In this document: positions 1-12,744 of the stretch, in pieces
How the letters are laid out: each line of letters begins with the position of its first letter
Position numbering within the stretch: the first letter of the stretch is position 1
Notes under the pieces: model-generated
Database searches by the model: none
What the model saw: the letters and a program-made list of their open reading frames with translations, nothing else
Told to the model about the DNA's origin: nothing
Assembly: GCF_006345805.1 (NCBI RefSeq)
Contig: NC_043011.1
Location: 58,974,464-59,038,463, forward strand
DNA length: 64,000 nucleotides
From: Octopus sinensis
Lineage: Eukaryota
Reading direction: 5' to 3'
Position numbers and translations under genes: made by a program

Positions 1-185
1 TATAGCGGAGCAAATAAGTACACCATCTCTCTGCCAATTTATGTTCTGAGTTCATATGCTACTGATGTCGAGTTTGTCTTTCATCGTTTTGGAGTCGATA
101 ACTTTGGTACCAGTTTAGTACTGGGGTCGATGTAATCAAGTTACCCATTCCCCCGAAAATTGTTGTTCTTACGCCGAAATGTGAA
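1..185 (+). mobile_element. Decayed tRNA-derived SINE (family B), 5' end cut by the window edge
   Basis: Contains CTGAGTTCA, GTCGAGTTTGTCTTTCATC and GGTACCAG..CTGGGGTCGATGTAATC, matching the body of better copies at 30234 and 37119. Confidence 0.7.
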
Positions 186-812
186 ATTTTTCTTACATTG
201 AGTTCAAATATTCGAAAACTACTTTTCTAAAATCATTTGTTGGCTCCAGCATAACGCGGTTCCCGTTGACATAAAACCAAATAGTTTTCAGGCTTGACCA
301 TCCAGTAATTTTTAGAGGAAGACGGTGTCTGAGACAGCATTATTTGATGTAACTATGCCTTAAGACGTGGTAAAGTGCAATATGATGGAAATAAGATTTC
401 TATTTCTGAAATATCAAGCAGTACGTAAATAATTTGATATTGAGAATCACAGATTAAGAATTTTAATTATAACATTAAATTAAAAGGAATACAATCATAA
501 AATGTCGGTATACGATATCCAAATGTGGAGGTTTAGTAGAATCGAAACAGCAAAATAATATTTTGACGTATTAGTTTGGTGTTCTGCGCCAGGAGTTCAA
601 ATCTTGGCCAAATCAGCATTAGCTTTGATAATTTCGACGGTGATAAATAAATAACCAGTCATGTACTGGTTTCCTACGTTCAAACCTCCTTCTTTCTTTC
701 CTTTCCTGAGCGTCCACTAACACTATATTTGTCCCACGTCCTCGCGTTGTGGCGTTTTCTCTTTCTGTTTTCATGTTTGGATTAACTTTATATATATATA
801 TATTATATATAT

Positions 813-844
<32 letters not shown>

Positions 845-1220
845 GGCGCAGGAGTGGTAAGTAGCTTGCTAAACAACCACATGGTTCCGGGTTCAGTCCC
901 ACTGCGTGGCATCTTGGGCGAGTGTCTTCTGCTATAGCCCCTGGCCGACCAATGCCTTGTGAGTGGATTTGGTAGGCGGAAACTGAAAGAAGCCTGTCGT
1001 TTATATGTATATATATATGTGTATGTGTGCGTGTTTGACCCCCTAGCGTTGCCTGACAACCGATGCTGATGTGTTTACGTCCCCGTCACTTAGCGGTTCG
1101 GCAAAAGAGACTGATAGAATAAGTACTGGACTTACAAAGAATAAGTCTCGGGGTCGATTTGCTCGACTAAAGGCGGTGCTCCAGCATGGCCGCAGTCAAA
1201 TGACTGAAACAAGTAAAAGA
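845..1220 (+). mobile_element. tRNA-derived SINE (family A, internal microsatellite)
   Basis: Pol III-like head (GGTAAGTAGC..GGGTTCAGTCCC), body CCTTGTGAGTGGATTTGGTAG, internal (AT/GT)n, tail GGCGGTGCTCCAGCATGGCCGCAGTC; at least 7 homologues in the window. Confidence 0.9.
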
Positions 1221-1316
1221 GTATATATACACACACAATTGCAGCGTGGAAGGTGTTTATAAGCCCTTTAAGAAACACACAAAAACCGTTAGATTCACTT
1301 CAACATGTAAATTTAA

Positions 1317-1367
1317 TTTGTCGAAATATTTTCGTCGCTTTAAGACCGCGACCTGTTCACTGACAAA
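1317..1367 (-). ncRNA. Candidate minimal type I hammerhead ribozyme, G3-C8 variant core (left arm)
   Basis: Reverse complement of 1973-2023, same architecture. Confidence 0.5.
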
Positions 1368-1456
1368 AATCCGTGCTGCATCTCGTTCCAGCACACGATC
1401 TCAGATCAAGTCACACGCTGTGCACGTACATCTCCGTAATATATACATATATATAT

Positions 1457-1521
<65 letters not shown>

Positions 1522-1567
1522 CTCAGATCTCAGATCAAGTCACTCGCTGTGCACGTACATCTCCGTA

Positions 1568-1636
<69 letters not shown>

Positions 1637-1700
1637 ATATACATATATATATATCTCAGATCTCAGATCAAGTCACTCGCTGTGCACGTACATCTCCGTA

Positions 1701-1755
<55 letters not shown>

Positions 1756-1798
1756 AGATCTCAGATCAAGTCACTCGCTGTGCATGTACATCTCCGTA

Positions 1799-1857
<59 letters not shown>

Positions 1858-1972
1858 TACGGAGATGTACATATATATTATATATATATATATGTATATA
1901 TTACGGAGATGTACATGCACAGCGAGTGACTTGATCTGAGATCGTGTGCTGGAACGAGATGCAGCACGGATT

Positions 1973-2023
1973 TTTGTCAGTGAACAGGTCGCGGTCTTAA
2001 AGCGACGAAAATATTTCGACAAA
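1973..2023 (+). ncRNA. Candidate minimal type I hammerhead ribozyme, G3-C8 variant core (right arm)
   Basis: Stem I TTTGTC/GACAAA; extra A; GTGAACA; extra G; stem II GTCGC/GCGAC; GAAA; palindromic stem III AAATATTT; UUC cleavage triplet at 2015-2017. Confidence 0.5.
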
Positions 2024-2279
2024 TTAAATCTACATGTATATATACATATATTATATATATATATATATAGATAGATAGATAGATATAGATATATATATAG
2101 ATATATATATATATATACGATGCAGTTTCTCTCTACCAAATTCACGAACAAATAACTAATTCATGGGGAACTATAGTAAAAGTCTTTGCCAATGTTGGTG
2201 CATAAAGGATTGAAAACGAAACTACCTCACCGCTAAAACTTGCAATTTTTGCACCTATATATAATGGCAATAATATTGA

Positions 2280-2470
2280 TTCTAAAGTTTGGAACGATGC
2301 CAGTCATTTCGGAGATAAGGCGATGACATCGACCTCACTTTTCAGCAGGTACTTAATTATCGATCTGAAAATGGTGGAATGAAAAGTCGACTTTGTTTGA
2401 ATTTGAACTCACAACGTAGGGACGGACGACATACCGCTTAGCATGCTAGCGAATCTGTCGCCTCACCTCC
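2280..2470 (-). mobile_element. Decayed SINE family B
   Basis: GGTACTTAATTATCGA..AAAGTCGAC..GAATTTGAACTCACAACGTA is the reverse complement of the family B body and B-box; a further head fragment lies at ~2515-2570. Confidence 0.7.
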
Positions 2471-3575
2471 CTTACATAAATAATCCTTTCTACTATAAGC
2501 ACTAGGCCACCTTTTAACTCAGAACGTAACGGCTGACGAAAGCTTCTGCCAGCTCGGCGCCTTCACCCTTACGTAAGTAATAATATTACGTTTATATGTA
2601 TTCTGAAACTTCATGAGGCACATATTCTATACGAAGGTTATTCTGAAGAATAAGATCCAGATGTACAATTTTCTCTATAGCAAACCCATGAAGTAGTTAT
2701 TTAATCATAGCAGTCTAGACAGGTGAAATATGTTTCATTTACTATTTAAATTACAAAATTGACGTACATTCAGACTTTGAAACTTTCTTGATAAAATATC
2801 GTGTTATTTATTTACAAAGATTTTTCTCTCCAAAATCCAATTCTAGCGGGATCGGCTTAACTTTTATTCTTTATTTTTTGATTTAATTAAATACGTAGCA
2901 ATCATGTACTTGAGTTGATTCAATCGATTCTAACCTGTCCCTGTGAATCTGAGACAGTGGCAACGCAACAAGAAATCATTGTTTAATCATATCGTTATTT
3001 GATACATTTTTATCGTTGTCCGTTATTCATTTGTGTGTCCTATATATGTTCTCTGTGAAATTCATTTTATTTGTCTCTCCGTTCTGATAGAATCATACGA
3101 TGCTATTCCCACAACATGAGAAACGTGTACTATGCTGCCCGTGGGGAAATCAGTTTTAATAAAAATGAGAGCGTGGCGAGCGCTTGAGAAAGCTGACGGA
3201 AATCTGAGAAAGTGACATGATTACTTTTTTTGGAAAAGCAGCAGTGATTTTGTTTTCTTTTGCGGGTATTTAAAAAAAAATATTTCTTCCAACACATGAA
3301 GAAATTCGTGACACACGTCAGAGATGAAGATGTGGTCAGTCGTCGTTTAATTTATGATTAATTTAGGAATGGTCTTTGAGAGGACATAATCTTACAGGTC
3401 CCTATTCATATCTTTCTTACAGTGTATTACAAATTACTAGGAAACTATTGTTCATAACGAATACCGTGTGTTGGATGTCCCTGCATGGACACCTTTGCTT
3501 TTGTCTGAATTTAGATCTTTTGGAATTTTAATTTAGAATATCACCGGATTGAACCTGTAGATTATGATAAATATC

Positions 3576-3727
3576 TACTACTACTACTACTACTACTACT
3601 AATATAATAATAATAATAATAATACTGCTACTACTACCACCACCACCACTACCACTACTACTACTGCTACCACTACTACTACTACTACTACTACTATACT
3701 ACTACTACTACTACTACTACTACTCCT
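3576..3727. repeat. (CTA/TAA/CCA)n compound trinucleotide repeat
   Basis: Directly visible. Confidence 0.95.
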
Positions 3728-6700
3728 ACAAGGACGACAACTTTAGTTTTGAATCGACACCATTTCATTGCCAGAACATCTGCTCTTCAACCCGATAAAA
3801 CAATAATTATTAGTTGCAAGCAACACAGAGCAAATTATTTAAATATTTGAACCAATTGCATCATAGAGATGCATCTTAAGACTTTGTCTTTCTTTTACGT
3901 ACCTAGGAAGAATGAATATGTTACAGGCGTTTATTTTTGAAGCTAAACTTTCAAACAAATCTATACATAGAAATCAATAAAAAGAGCTGCAGCTCTCGTT
4001 GCTGATAAAAATAGGCTGAACTGGCATATGCTGTAAAATATGCAATGAAACATATTACTCTGCATTCTTCATATTCCAATTTGAAATCTCCCTATCTATG
4101 GCTAAATTAGTTGTGATCTATATGCACTGAATCCACCAATTTTTGGTGTATGAAACTGAATTCATTTATGTTTAAGCATTCAGGCCATAAACACATTACT
4201 GAACCGGTATGCGAACTATGATCCATTTCGTTTGTAATTCAATGCATTTTCGACTCAACCAGGTGAAAATATTTCCATCTAAATGTAGAATTAGAGAGGA
4301 AGAATATATTTGTTACATTTAAGGAAAAATACATGCTCTTAAGCATTAAAAAAAAAACCCTGTTGCATCAACATATCTGGAAAGCAACTCGCCAACTAAT
4401 GAATTTATATAGAAAAACAATCCAAATATTTATTGCATCAATTTCTCTTTAATGGTAAAACTATAGAATTAATCAAAACATTGTCTCTTGTTATGCTTTC
4501 TTTTTCTTTTTTCGCTTCTCTAAATTTGAAGTATTGCCATTAAAACTAAAATCATTTAAACTGTTTGTGTCGCTGCTAAATTGATTGCTTGGAGCTTTTA
4601 CGTTTCAAAATAAATTTTCGGCACCAAAATCTTCGCGAAGGCACCTTTTAAATAATTACTAACTAATAATTAGATGAAGTAAAGAGATGTCTTTCGTAAA
4701 TTTCTTATAAAAATTCAAAAGAATTACAATGAGGAAAATCTCTTCACAAAATTCTAATTCGGTTAGAGATAATGTGCAGTAAATCCGATAAATTTGGGAA
4801 CATTACGACATAATCTCAGTGAAATATCATTAAAAGAAAGATTTGTAAAGGAAATCTCTAAAACTAATGTTATAACTTAATACTATTAATTTTATCACTC
4901 TTCTACAATTGAGCCTTGGCGCTCTGGATTCACTTTGCCACATTCTCGGCAAATTAACTGTGTTCAATGATTGAAATATTTCTTAAATGTTGATGGATCA
5001 CATAGAATATAAACATCACTTATTTGTTGTTTCAAGTTTTAACAATGAAATAAAACAAAATCAATGTGAGATTGTCAACTTCTTTTTTAATCAAGAGGGT
5101 GCAAATTATATTTATTTGAAAAATATTTCCACGATTTTCTTTTGATTTCTCAGAATTGGAATATTGAAATTCAAATTTTGAACTTAATTAATTAACGCAA
5201 GGTATATTGTGGGGAATTTATATCTTCAGAAACTACGTTGTAGAAGCTATATCTGGACCGATTTGTACTTCTGGGGATCCGAAGGAAAATGAGGATAATT
5301 TTCAAAATTTTTTTGAAAGAAATAAGAAATTGAAAATTAAATCTGTGCTTCAATATTTAATTTGTTTTATTTTTTCACGAACAATAATTTTCAGATTACT
5401 TTTATCTGGTGTTACATACAAATCTATAATTTTACTATGAAATATGGAGCATGGTTATTGCACGTATTATATTTAAACCCAAGAACTTTTACCAACTGAC
5501 ATATTAGTGCTTGATAAACAACGCAAATAATTCCGTTTGCTAACACCGCGATATGCCATTCAGAAAGATTAAAAAAGAAAGAGTTCCAGGTGTAATTTGG
5601 CAGAACTGGAAATATAAGCATAAATGTGAATTTAGGCGTAAAGTTAACTTTTCTAAGAATTCAGTTTAATCCTTTTGGTCAATAACTTCCACTAACTTTG
5701 ACTAGCAGATGTTTAATCAACAGCTGCGTGATGAAATGCATATGTGATCTGGTCAGGATTAAATTACGAACGAATGCAGTCGGAAGAAATCCCGCGTATA
5801 ACTCTTTTTTGAAATAGGAAATCTATATTGGTAACTTTTTAATTAGTATCAACTATCTTCTTAACAACGAACTGATACCATCATTGGACGTTATGAATGA
5901 ATAAAACAATGTATGTGTATGTGTGTGTGCGTGTGTGTGTGTGGCAAACTTACTTTTACGCCTTTCACTCTTCACTCATTTATTTTTATATTCTCAAAAT
6001 ATTTTTGAATGTTGATGGTTTGACATTCGCAAGGCATTGTCCCTCTAACACTCATAGAACGACCACGTGGCACTTTTTGAATATATGGATTCTGTTTTCT
6101 AATGCCCACCACCTTAGAATAATCCTAATTTACGGTATTCCTATTAGCAAGGTGGTGAGAGTTACTTTTAGTGATGAACGTGAACATGAGTATCAGTCTT
6201 GACGGGCGTCTTTCTTGGAGTTAGCCAGTCATCGAACCGGGTCCTTCGTTGATTTGTTTCTTTCTACTGCTCTAGTTACCATTTTATTGTAATTATGAAT
6301 ATAAAACTACCAGGTATCAAAAGTGGTCGTAGAGCGCTTCTTTCTCAGGGCTCGTCATTATGGTCGATAGTCTGTTGATGTTCGGCCCCTGAGAATAATG
6401 TCGATGTAATCAATACTGCAATGTTGGAGTAGCGACTGTTGGTGCCCTAAACACATTGACAAAACAACCTACTGTTTCTTTTGCGGTCTGCACAGCTTCT
6501 TCTTCACTTTATCGTAGCAGAAATCCCTAAACGAATTCTTACTTCAACATATACAGTAACGCGAATTTCAGTAAGCAGAGGCAACAGCATAAAACCCTTC
6601 TTTCAACACAACTAGCTATGGCATACAATCATTGTAACTCATTGTGATCCACTAGAGTCATCAAGTTGTGAAACTCATGTGTGTTTATTTCAGGAATAAT

Positions 6701-7317
6701 GTTTTCGTCGGTTTCGGCAAATAATAATATTTTTACGCATTATGGTCTACATCGAGGATTTCACTATTCGTAATAACATTTGTAAAAAGATATATTGCAA
6801 TTATGCTCCCAACAATAAAAATATACAATTATTTTCCTTTGACAAAACAACTGTGAATGCTATTGTTTTCTTCCGAAATGCGCCGTTAGAATTCTTCACA
6901 TCTATATTATTTCCTCTCCAAATAGCTATTAATTTTCGCTTGAAATATCTGCGTCTATGTATCTGTGAATATGTAAATATTTGGTGTATATCAGCATGTG
7001 TGTTTGGTTGTGCTAAAACATTTATACTAATTATATTTGATCTCATTTAGTTAACGTTCTTTTCCTTTCACTTTATTTTTGCTACGGTTTGTGCGCATTC
7101 GGTGGTGGCTTTTATATGTATGTATCTTTATACCTGAAATGTTTGTCTAAAGGAATATTTTTCTTTTTCGGATCTCATTAACTATAACAACCTTATGTTT
7201 TAATGCTCTGAACGTGGAAGCAAATACAAAATCTTAAAATTAGTTCAGGGCCACTTCACTTGATGAAATTCATACTATGGAAGAGTCACTTGGAAATCAG
7301 TCTCAACAAAATAATGA

Positions 7318-7507
7318 TTTCAAATTTTGGCCCGTCACCAGTAAATAGCCAAGAGAGGGGATAAGTCTATCACACTGACCCCAGTCCTCAACTGGTACTT
7401 ATTTTATGGACTCCGAATTGACGAAAGGCCAAGTCGAACTCAGCGGAATTAGTATTCAGAACGTAAGCATTTTGCCCGGCGAGCTAACGATTCTGCCAGC
7501 TCGCCTC
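7318..7507 (-). mobile_element. Decayed SINE family B
   Basis: GACCCCAGT..CTGGTACTTATTTTAT..AGTCGAACTCAGCGGAAT..GCTAACGATTCTGCCAGCTCGCC; weaker fragments at ~7570-7710 and ~8130-8240. Confidence 0.75.
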
Positions 7508-7511
7508 TTTC

Positions 7512-7548
<37 letters not shown>

Positions 7549-8524
7549 TAAATCTCTCTAACTTATACACAATTCCCGCAATCTGTAGAAATTATTTGGA
7601 CCCCCTTATTTGAGTGACGTTATATTTTATCGATCGTGAAGCGAAATCTAAGAGATTTGAACTCAGAACCTAAATGCTGCAAGTAAATATCATGCAGTCT
7701 CACGCTCTTCCGTTTGTGTAAATCAACCAACCAATCAATAGTATTAATTATAGTAATGAATATGCTTCCATCATTAACCTCGGGTGTTCAAAGAGGACAA
7801 GATGCTAAACATACAACAGCAATTGCTACGACACACATTTTTCCAGCCTTCTGGAACATAATCTGTAAAAGCCCGATCACACGTTCTCTCAGACATAAAC
7901 AAAATATTGTTGCGTAATGCTGTACTCAATTCCAATGGAATATTCTCTCTGCCTGATGTTTGTTGAAGAGACCATCAGGTAAAATCAGGTCCGTTTTTCA
8001 AAACTGTAAGAATCACAAGGAATATCGCTTTCTATTTTAGTCACTAGTTTAACTAACTAACTAACTAATAGTCTTCGGAGAGAACTCAATGAAATAAATT
8101 CAGTATTTTATCGGTATTTATGTAATTGACTATGGGAGTAAAGCATTTTACGTCGACCTTGGCGCCATTTGAACTCAGGTCCAAAAAGAGTATAAATAGA
8201 AATCACGTAATATCTTGCCTCCAAGCGCTGCCATTTCATCCTTCTTTTTTCAAGGATAATTCTTTGACTATATATCTCTTCAATATAATGTAATTCCAAT
8301 ATAAAATCTCGGGTATATATCGGTAAACACGTATCATAATTAGATCGATTTTACATACATACAAAAACATCCATGTTTGAAATGTTTGTGAGTGTGTGTG
8401 TATATATATGTGTGCGGATGCGTGCCTGTGGGAACTCAGATGTATATATATGTAGATATATATATATGTATGTATGTATATGTATAAATAAATATATATA
8501 TTTATTTATTTATTTATCTATCTA

Positions 8525-8564
<40 letters not shown>

Positions 8565-11284
8565 TACATGTATGTGTGTATGTTAGCATATGTGTGTCTG
8601 TGTGTAGGGAAAGAGATTGAAAGATTAAATTACCACCCAGGGACAGAGTAATGCTGTATATATTTTATATCTGCATGTAGGATCGAAATTTTACGACCTA
8701 TAAAATGAAAAGAAACATCACGTGTGCAGACACGAAAGCAAATTGTTCCTCTTATTTGTTTAAATCTGTTTTCCATTGACGATAAAAATAAAATCGCAAA
8801 ATGGAAAAGTGCAGAAAATCTCACAAACATTGCAAAGCAACATAGGCTTCCAGAAATTAAATTCCCTGTTAACCGATATATTGTGTTGAACACTAAGTGA
8901 TATTTATTTGATTTATAGATGTTGCGGTTAATTAATGGTTGATATATTTCAGGAAGCTACGGGGGACATCAGTAACATAATAGATGACATACAACATAGA
9001 TTAACGGATGAAAATAGCTGAATAGATAAACAACTGATGAGATTCGTATTATCAATCATAGTGAGAAAAAAACAAAGCAAGACGTTTTGTGGCTCGTGTA
9101 ACTAAATGTAAATAGATTAGTTCAGATATGTTTTATGAAAATATTTTTTTTAGCATAACTCAGTCGGAGAAAATAGCATTTTCCATCCGTGTAGCCGATG
9201 AGCTATCAGCTTTTGTTCCTCGTTCACTTCTGCAGAAAGCTTAGGTTACTAGGGACGTAAACAAACCAACACTGGATGTCAATTGTTTATGGCAACAAAC
9301 ACAAACGCAAGGGTAAACACACACACACACACATATGCTCATGTATGTGCCTTTGTGTTTTTTCGTCAGTACGGCTTGAGAACTTGTGATCGTTTGCTTA
9401 TTTCTTCATAGATTAGCCGTTGAGCACAAGAACAGTAATATAAGTGACGAGGTTTTAAAAAATAAAATGCGGGTCCAGTTTTGTTCAGGTATATTCCTCG
9501 GGGACGGTGCTCCGTTATAACTGTAGTGCAATCGCTGAAATGCATGAAAAAAAATAAAAATATGATAATTGAGTCCATATATCCATTTTAAGTAAATATT
9601 TCTGTTTGACATATTCAAAGTAAGTGTTGTGTATTTTTCAACCATATATCCCATGGCATTGGACGTCAGTTTTTTTTTTTGTTGGAAGGTCAATAAGTCA
9701 TAACATATAACCGAGCTTTTCAGGTATATAACCTAAATAGACAACCTAAAGTTCGATACAACTTACTTTTATGAAGATACAAGGGTAGATCTGCACACCG
9801 CACCACAGGATGGAACTTCACTGAAGCCAGCAAAAACGCTTCCTCTTTGCCGTTGTTCGACCTATTAGAAATAACAACTAAGTTGCCCCCGTAAATTACG
9901 CACCTGTCCGGATTTAAACAAAAAAGAACATGTAAAATATTATAGAAACACTACAAACAAAAAAGATGATTGCTCATAGATGGAATGCATTTAATCATAG
10001 ATGACTTTATTTAAAATAGGTCCAGTGATGTCGTAGAAATATTTATAAATATTAGATGCTATGGGCGATGTTTGTATACTTATTGTCTTTACAACAAAAA
10101 TATGATTTCTATCTTATGCATCTTTGTAATATTTTCATTGTCAAAGACTCATATATCAGACATTGATGACTGCATCTATGTGTAAGTCAGCACAATGGGT
10201 AGTTTTATTCTACTTTAATGCTAGTTGATTTATATTTCCATTTTTTCTCCTGCAACATCACTGTTGACAGTTCATGAATATGGGTCTAACTAGTGTCAGG
10301 TATGATATGGTGATTAAACAGAAGAATTATCTGTTACTCTGGAATGAGTCAAGTTGTGCAGACTCGTCTGATGAAACCCCAATGAGGCCCGAAAATCAAT
10401 CAAAGTTGTTCTTCATATTTCCAATCTACAGAGAAGGAGCTATAATTACATTTGTATGTTAACTACACAGGTCTACATATAGGGAGAGTTTACGAAAAAA
10501 ATAAAAGACGAAGACAGGTGGCGTACAAAACAAACAAATGTATTAGTATAACGCTCAGGAATAGAAAAAGTATTTTACGTTTCGAGCCTACGCTTTTCTA
10601 CAGAAAGGGACACAAAAAAACAAGGAGAGAAACAAGGAGAGAAAAAAGGAGAGAAAAAATGTGTCTAGTGGCTAACGATCTATCATGGCGATACGCTGTA
10701 TTACACATCATCCATGAAAAGGTAATGCGATATTTGTCCTGAAGTCGTTCACCAATCTCCAAACCCTCCTGCTACACAGATATGATGCATTCTCACTAGC
10801 ATCTCTTACTGATCACTACTGTAGACGCAGTCCCTCGGACATTGCCGTTCTCATCTCATAGTTACTAAAACCCATTCGTCTTCCCTCGCCTTGTAACATT
10901 GTCTGGTATGATAGTACCTCCAGACACCGCGGAAACCACTGTACATGATGTATTTATTTCCACAAGGTTTATGAACTCTAAAAATCTTTCTCTTCCTATG
11001 GATGTCGTAGATTAAGCGAGCTACGGTTACCCAGGAGGATCATCAACCGTGTCAAACTCTCAGGTCTCTGAGAGTTTCCGAAAAACCATAAGAACAGCTC
11101 ACATAGCACGAGAAAATCATTAAAATATTCTGCTTGCAAATGTAGTTAGTTGCTTTGGGAACATTAATTATCATATAGATGCGAAATATATTCAATTGAT
11201 GAAGAAGGAAAAAAAAAACTCTAATGACGATGCAAATATTCAATTAATATAACGCTAACTTAGGTGAATATAATTGCGATAATT

Positions 11285-11825
11285 AGCGGTGTTGAGATGT
11301 TGTCCCTGGTAACGACGATAGCAGTGGCGGCGGGGAGGTTGGTAGTAATGGCGACGATGGTGGAGTAGTGGTGATTCTAGTAGTAAGAGTGGTCCCGGGT
11401 GCTGGTGTTTGTACTGGTAGGGATTGTTGTAAGTGTTGTTTTTGTTTCATTTGTAATGGATGTGCTGCTTATTGGTATAATAGATGGCGTAGTGGGTGTT
11501 GATTTGGAGATGGCAGATGTGGAGTGGCTTTAGAATGTATTATCATTGCCGTAGTAATAAATGATGGCGCCGATGCTGGTTCTTCATGCTGCTGACGACA
11601 CTAATAGCAGACTGCGAAGGGTTGTCGCAGTATTCATACGGTTATAAGTTGATGATCAGGATGAACATGCTTGTGGTGGTGGCGATGACAGCCACGGTAA
11701 TAGAGATGAGGGTTTCGATAACGTCGGCCACAACAACGACGACGACGTCGATGATGAGGATAATGTTGATGATGATAATGCTGCTGATGGTAATGCAGCT
11801 GCTGATGTTGCTGTTGTTGCTGTTG
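11285..11825. repeat. Degenerate triplet low-complexity tract (GAT/GGT/GCT/GAC)
   Basis: Cryptic trinucleotide periodicity; source of spurious ORFs. Confidence 0.8.
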
Positions 11826-12185
11826 AACGTAGCGGTCTTCGTCCTGTAGTGAAAGAAGTCCGAATCGTGGTCCTTTGCTATTCGTAAGACCCGCAGAAGA
11901 GAAAGCAGGTCATCCCCCGACACCGAGAGCATCGACGAATGGATGAATGCGCATCCAGGCTCAGCATTTGCGTAGGAAGTCGGGGACAAGAAACAGGAAA
12001 AAAGAGCGAGAGAAAGTTGGGGCGAAAGAGTACCACAGGGGTCGCCACCACCACCTGCCAGAGCCTTGTGGAGCTTTTAGGTGTTTTCGCTCAATAAACA
12101 CACACAGCGCAAGGTCTGGAAATCGAAACCACAATCCTCCGACCACGAATCCGCTGCTCTAACCACTGCGCCATTGCGCCTCCAC
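11826..12185 (-). mobile_element. tRNA-derived SINE (family C) ending in a (CAA/CAG)n-like tail
   Basis: Minus-strand head GTGGAGGCGCAATGGCGCAGTGGTTAGAGC (A box) and GGTTTCGATTTCC (B box); ~280-nt body runs into the triplet tract. Confidence 0.8.
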
Positions 12186-12321
12186 TGCTGCTGCTGCTGG
12201 TGATGATTATGGTGATGATGATGATTACGAAGTGGATACTATTTGATAAGTAATCTACAAATATTTGATATTGCTTTGTTTGCCGTGTTAGACATGACTA
12301 AGGTTGTTTCATTTCCCTTTT

Positions 12322-12730
12322 AGGGATCTTTTCGGTTTGAACGGTAATTTTTTTCTAGCGGTGTCATATGAAATTGTCACCCATAATTATGACCCTAGAA
12401 TCGATCTATTGCATTTCAAACTCTTTTAGGGCTAGGGGAAGGGTATCTTTTTTACTTCACAAATGTAAATAAACCCAATCTATTTCTTAAACGAGGGGCA
12501 TATTCATGCGGCACAGAATGCTTTTTAACTCAATAGACGTCACTGATTGGTTGAAATTGCAGAAATTGAAGAAAAAAAACAACAAATATCTTACAAACTA
12601 TAGAATTTTCTCAATAAAGCCAAGAGAAAAATATGTTTTATAAACACACTGTACCAGTATACGAAGTTTCAAATTTTTTAGTTACCTAGAATCTATGTTA
12701 AAAACTGCCGTTCAAACCGAAAAAATCCAC
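12322..12730. mobile_element. MITE / non-autonomous DNA transposon
   Basis: About 30-bp imperfect terminal inverted repeats AGGGATCTTTTCGGTTTGAACGGTAATTTTT vs AAAAACTGCCGTTCAAACCGAAAAAATCCAC; non-coding interior; TSD not clear. Confidence 0.75.
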
Positions 12731-12744
12731 ATTTTTAACCCCAG

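Larger units (their letters stand above)
1236..2037. mobile_element. Fold-back element (PLE-like terminal repeat family) with an internal tandem array and (AT)n
   Basis: About 143-bp inverted arms (approx. 1303-1446 vs 1895-2037) and four direct copies of a ~45-bp unit separated by (AT)n; homologous to 20198-20530 and 61958-62026. Confidence 0.8.

Noticed and set aside
1400-1810. Repeat-spacer-like array resembling CRISPR
   Set aside because: The spacers are (AT)n, the genome is eukaryotic, and there are no cas genes
10368-10400. CTGATGA..GAAA spacing
   Set aside because: No credible stems I, II or III
11040-11080. Possible type II hammerhead on the minus strand around the 10-bp hairpin AAACTCTCAG/CTGAGAGTTT
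   Set aside because: The core reads TTGATGA and stems I and II do not pair
11642-11989. Protein-looking minus ORF MSPTSYANAEPGCAF..
   Set aside because: It lies entirely within the 3' body of a tRNA-headed SINE and its triplet tail
12110-12185. tRNA gene-like sequences at SINE heads
   Set aside because: A and B boxes are present but the sequence continues into SINE bodies and no complete cloverleaf is evident
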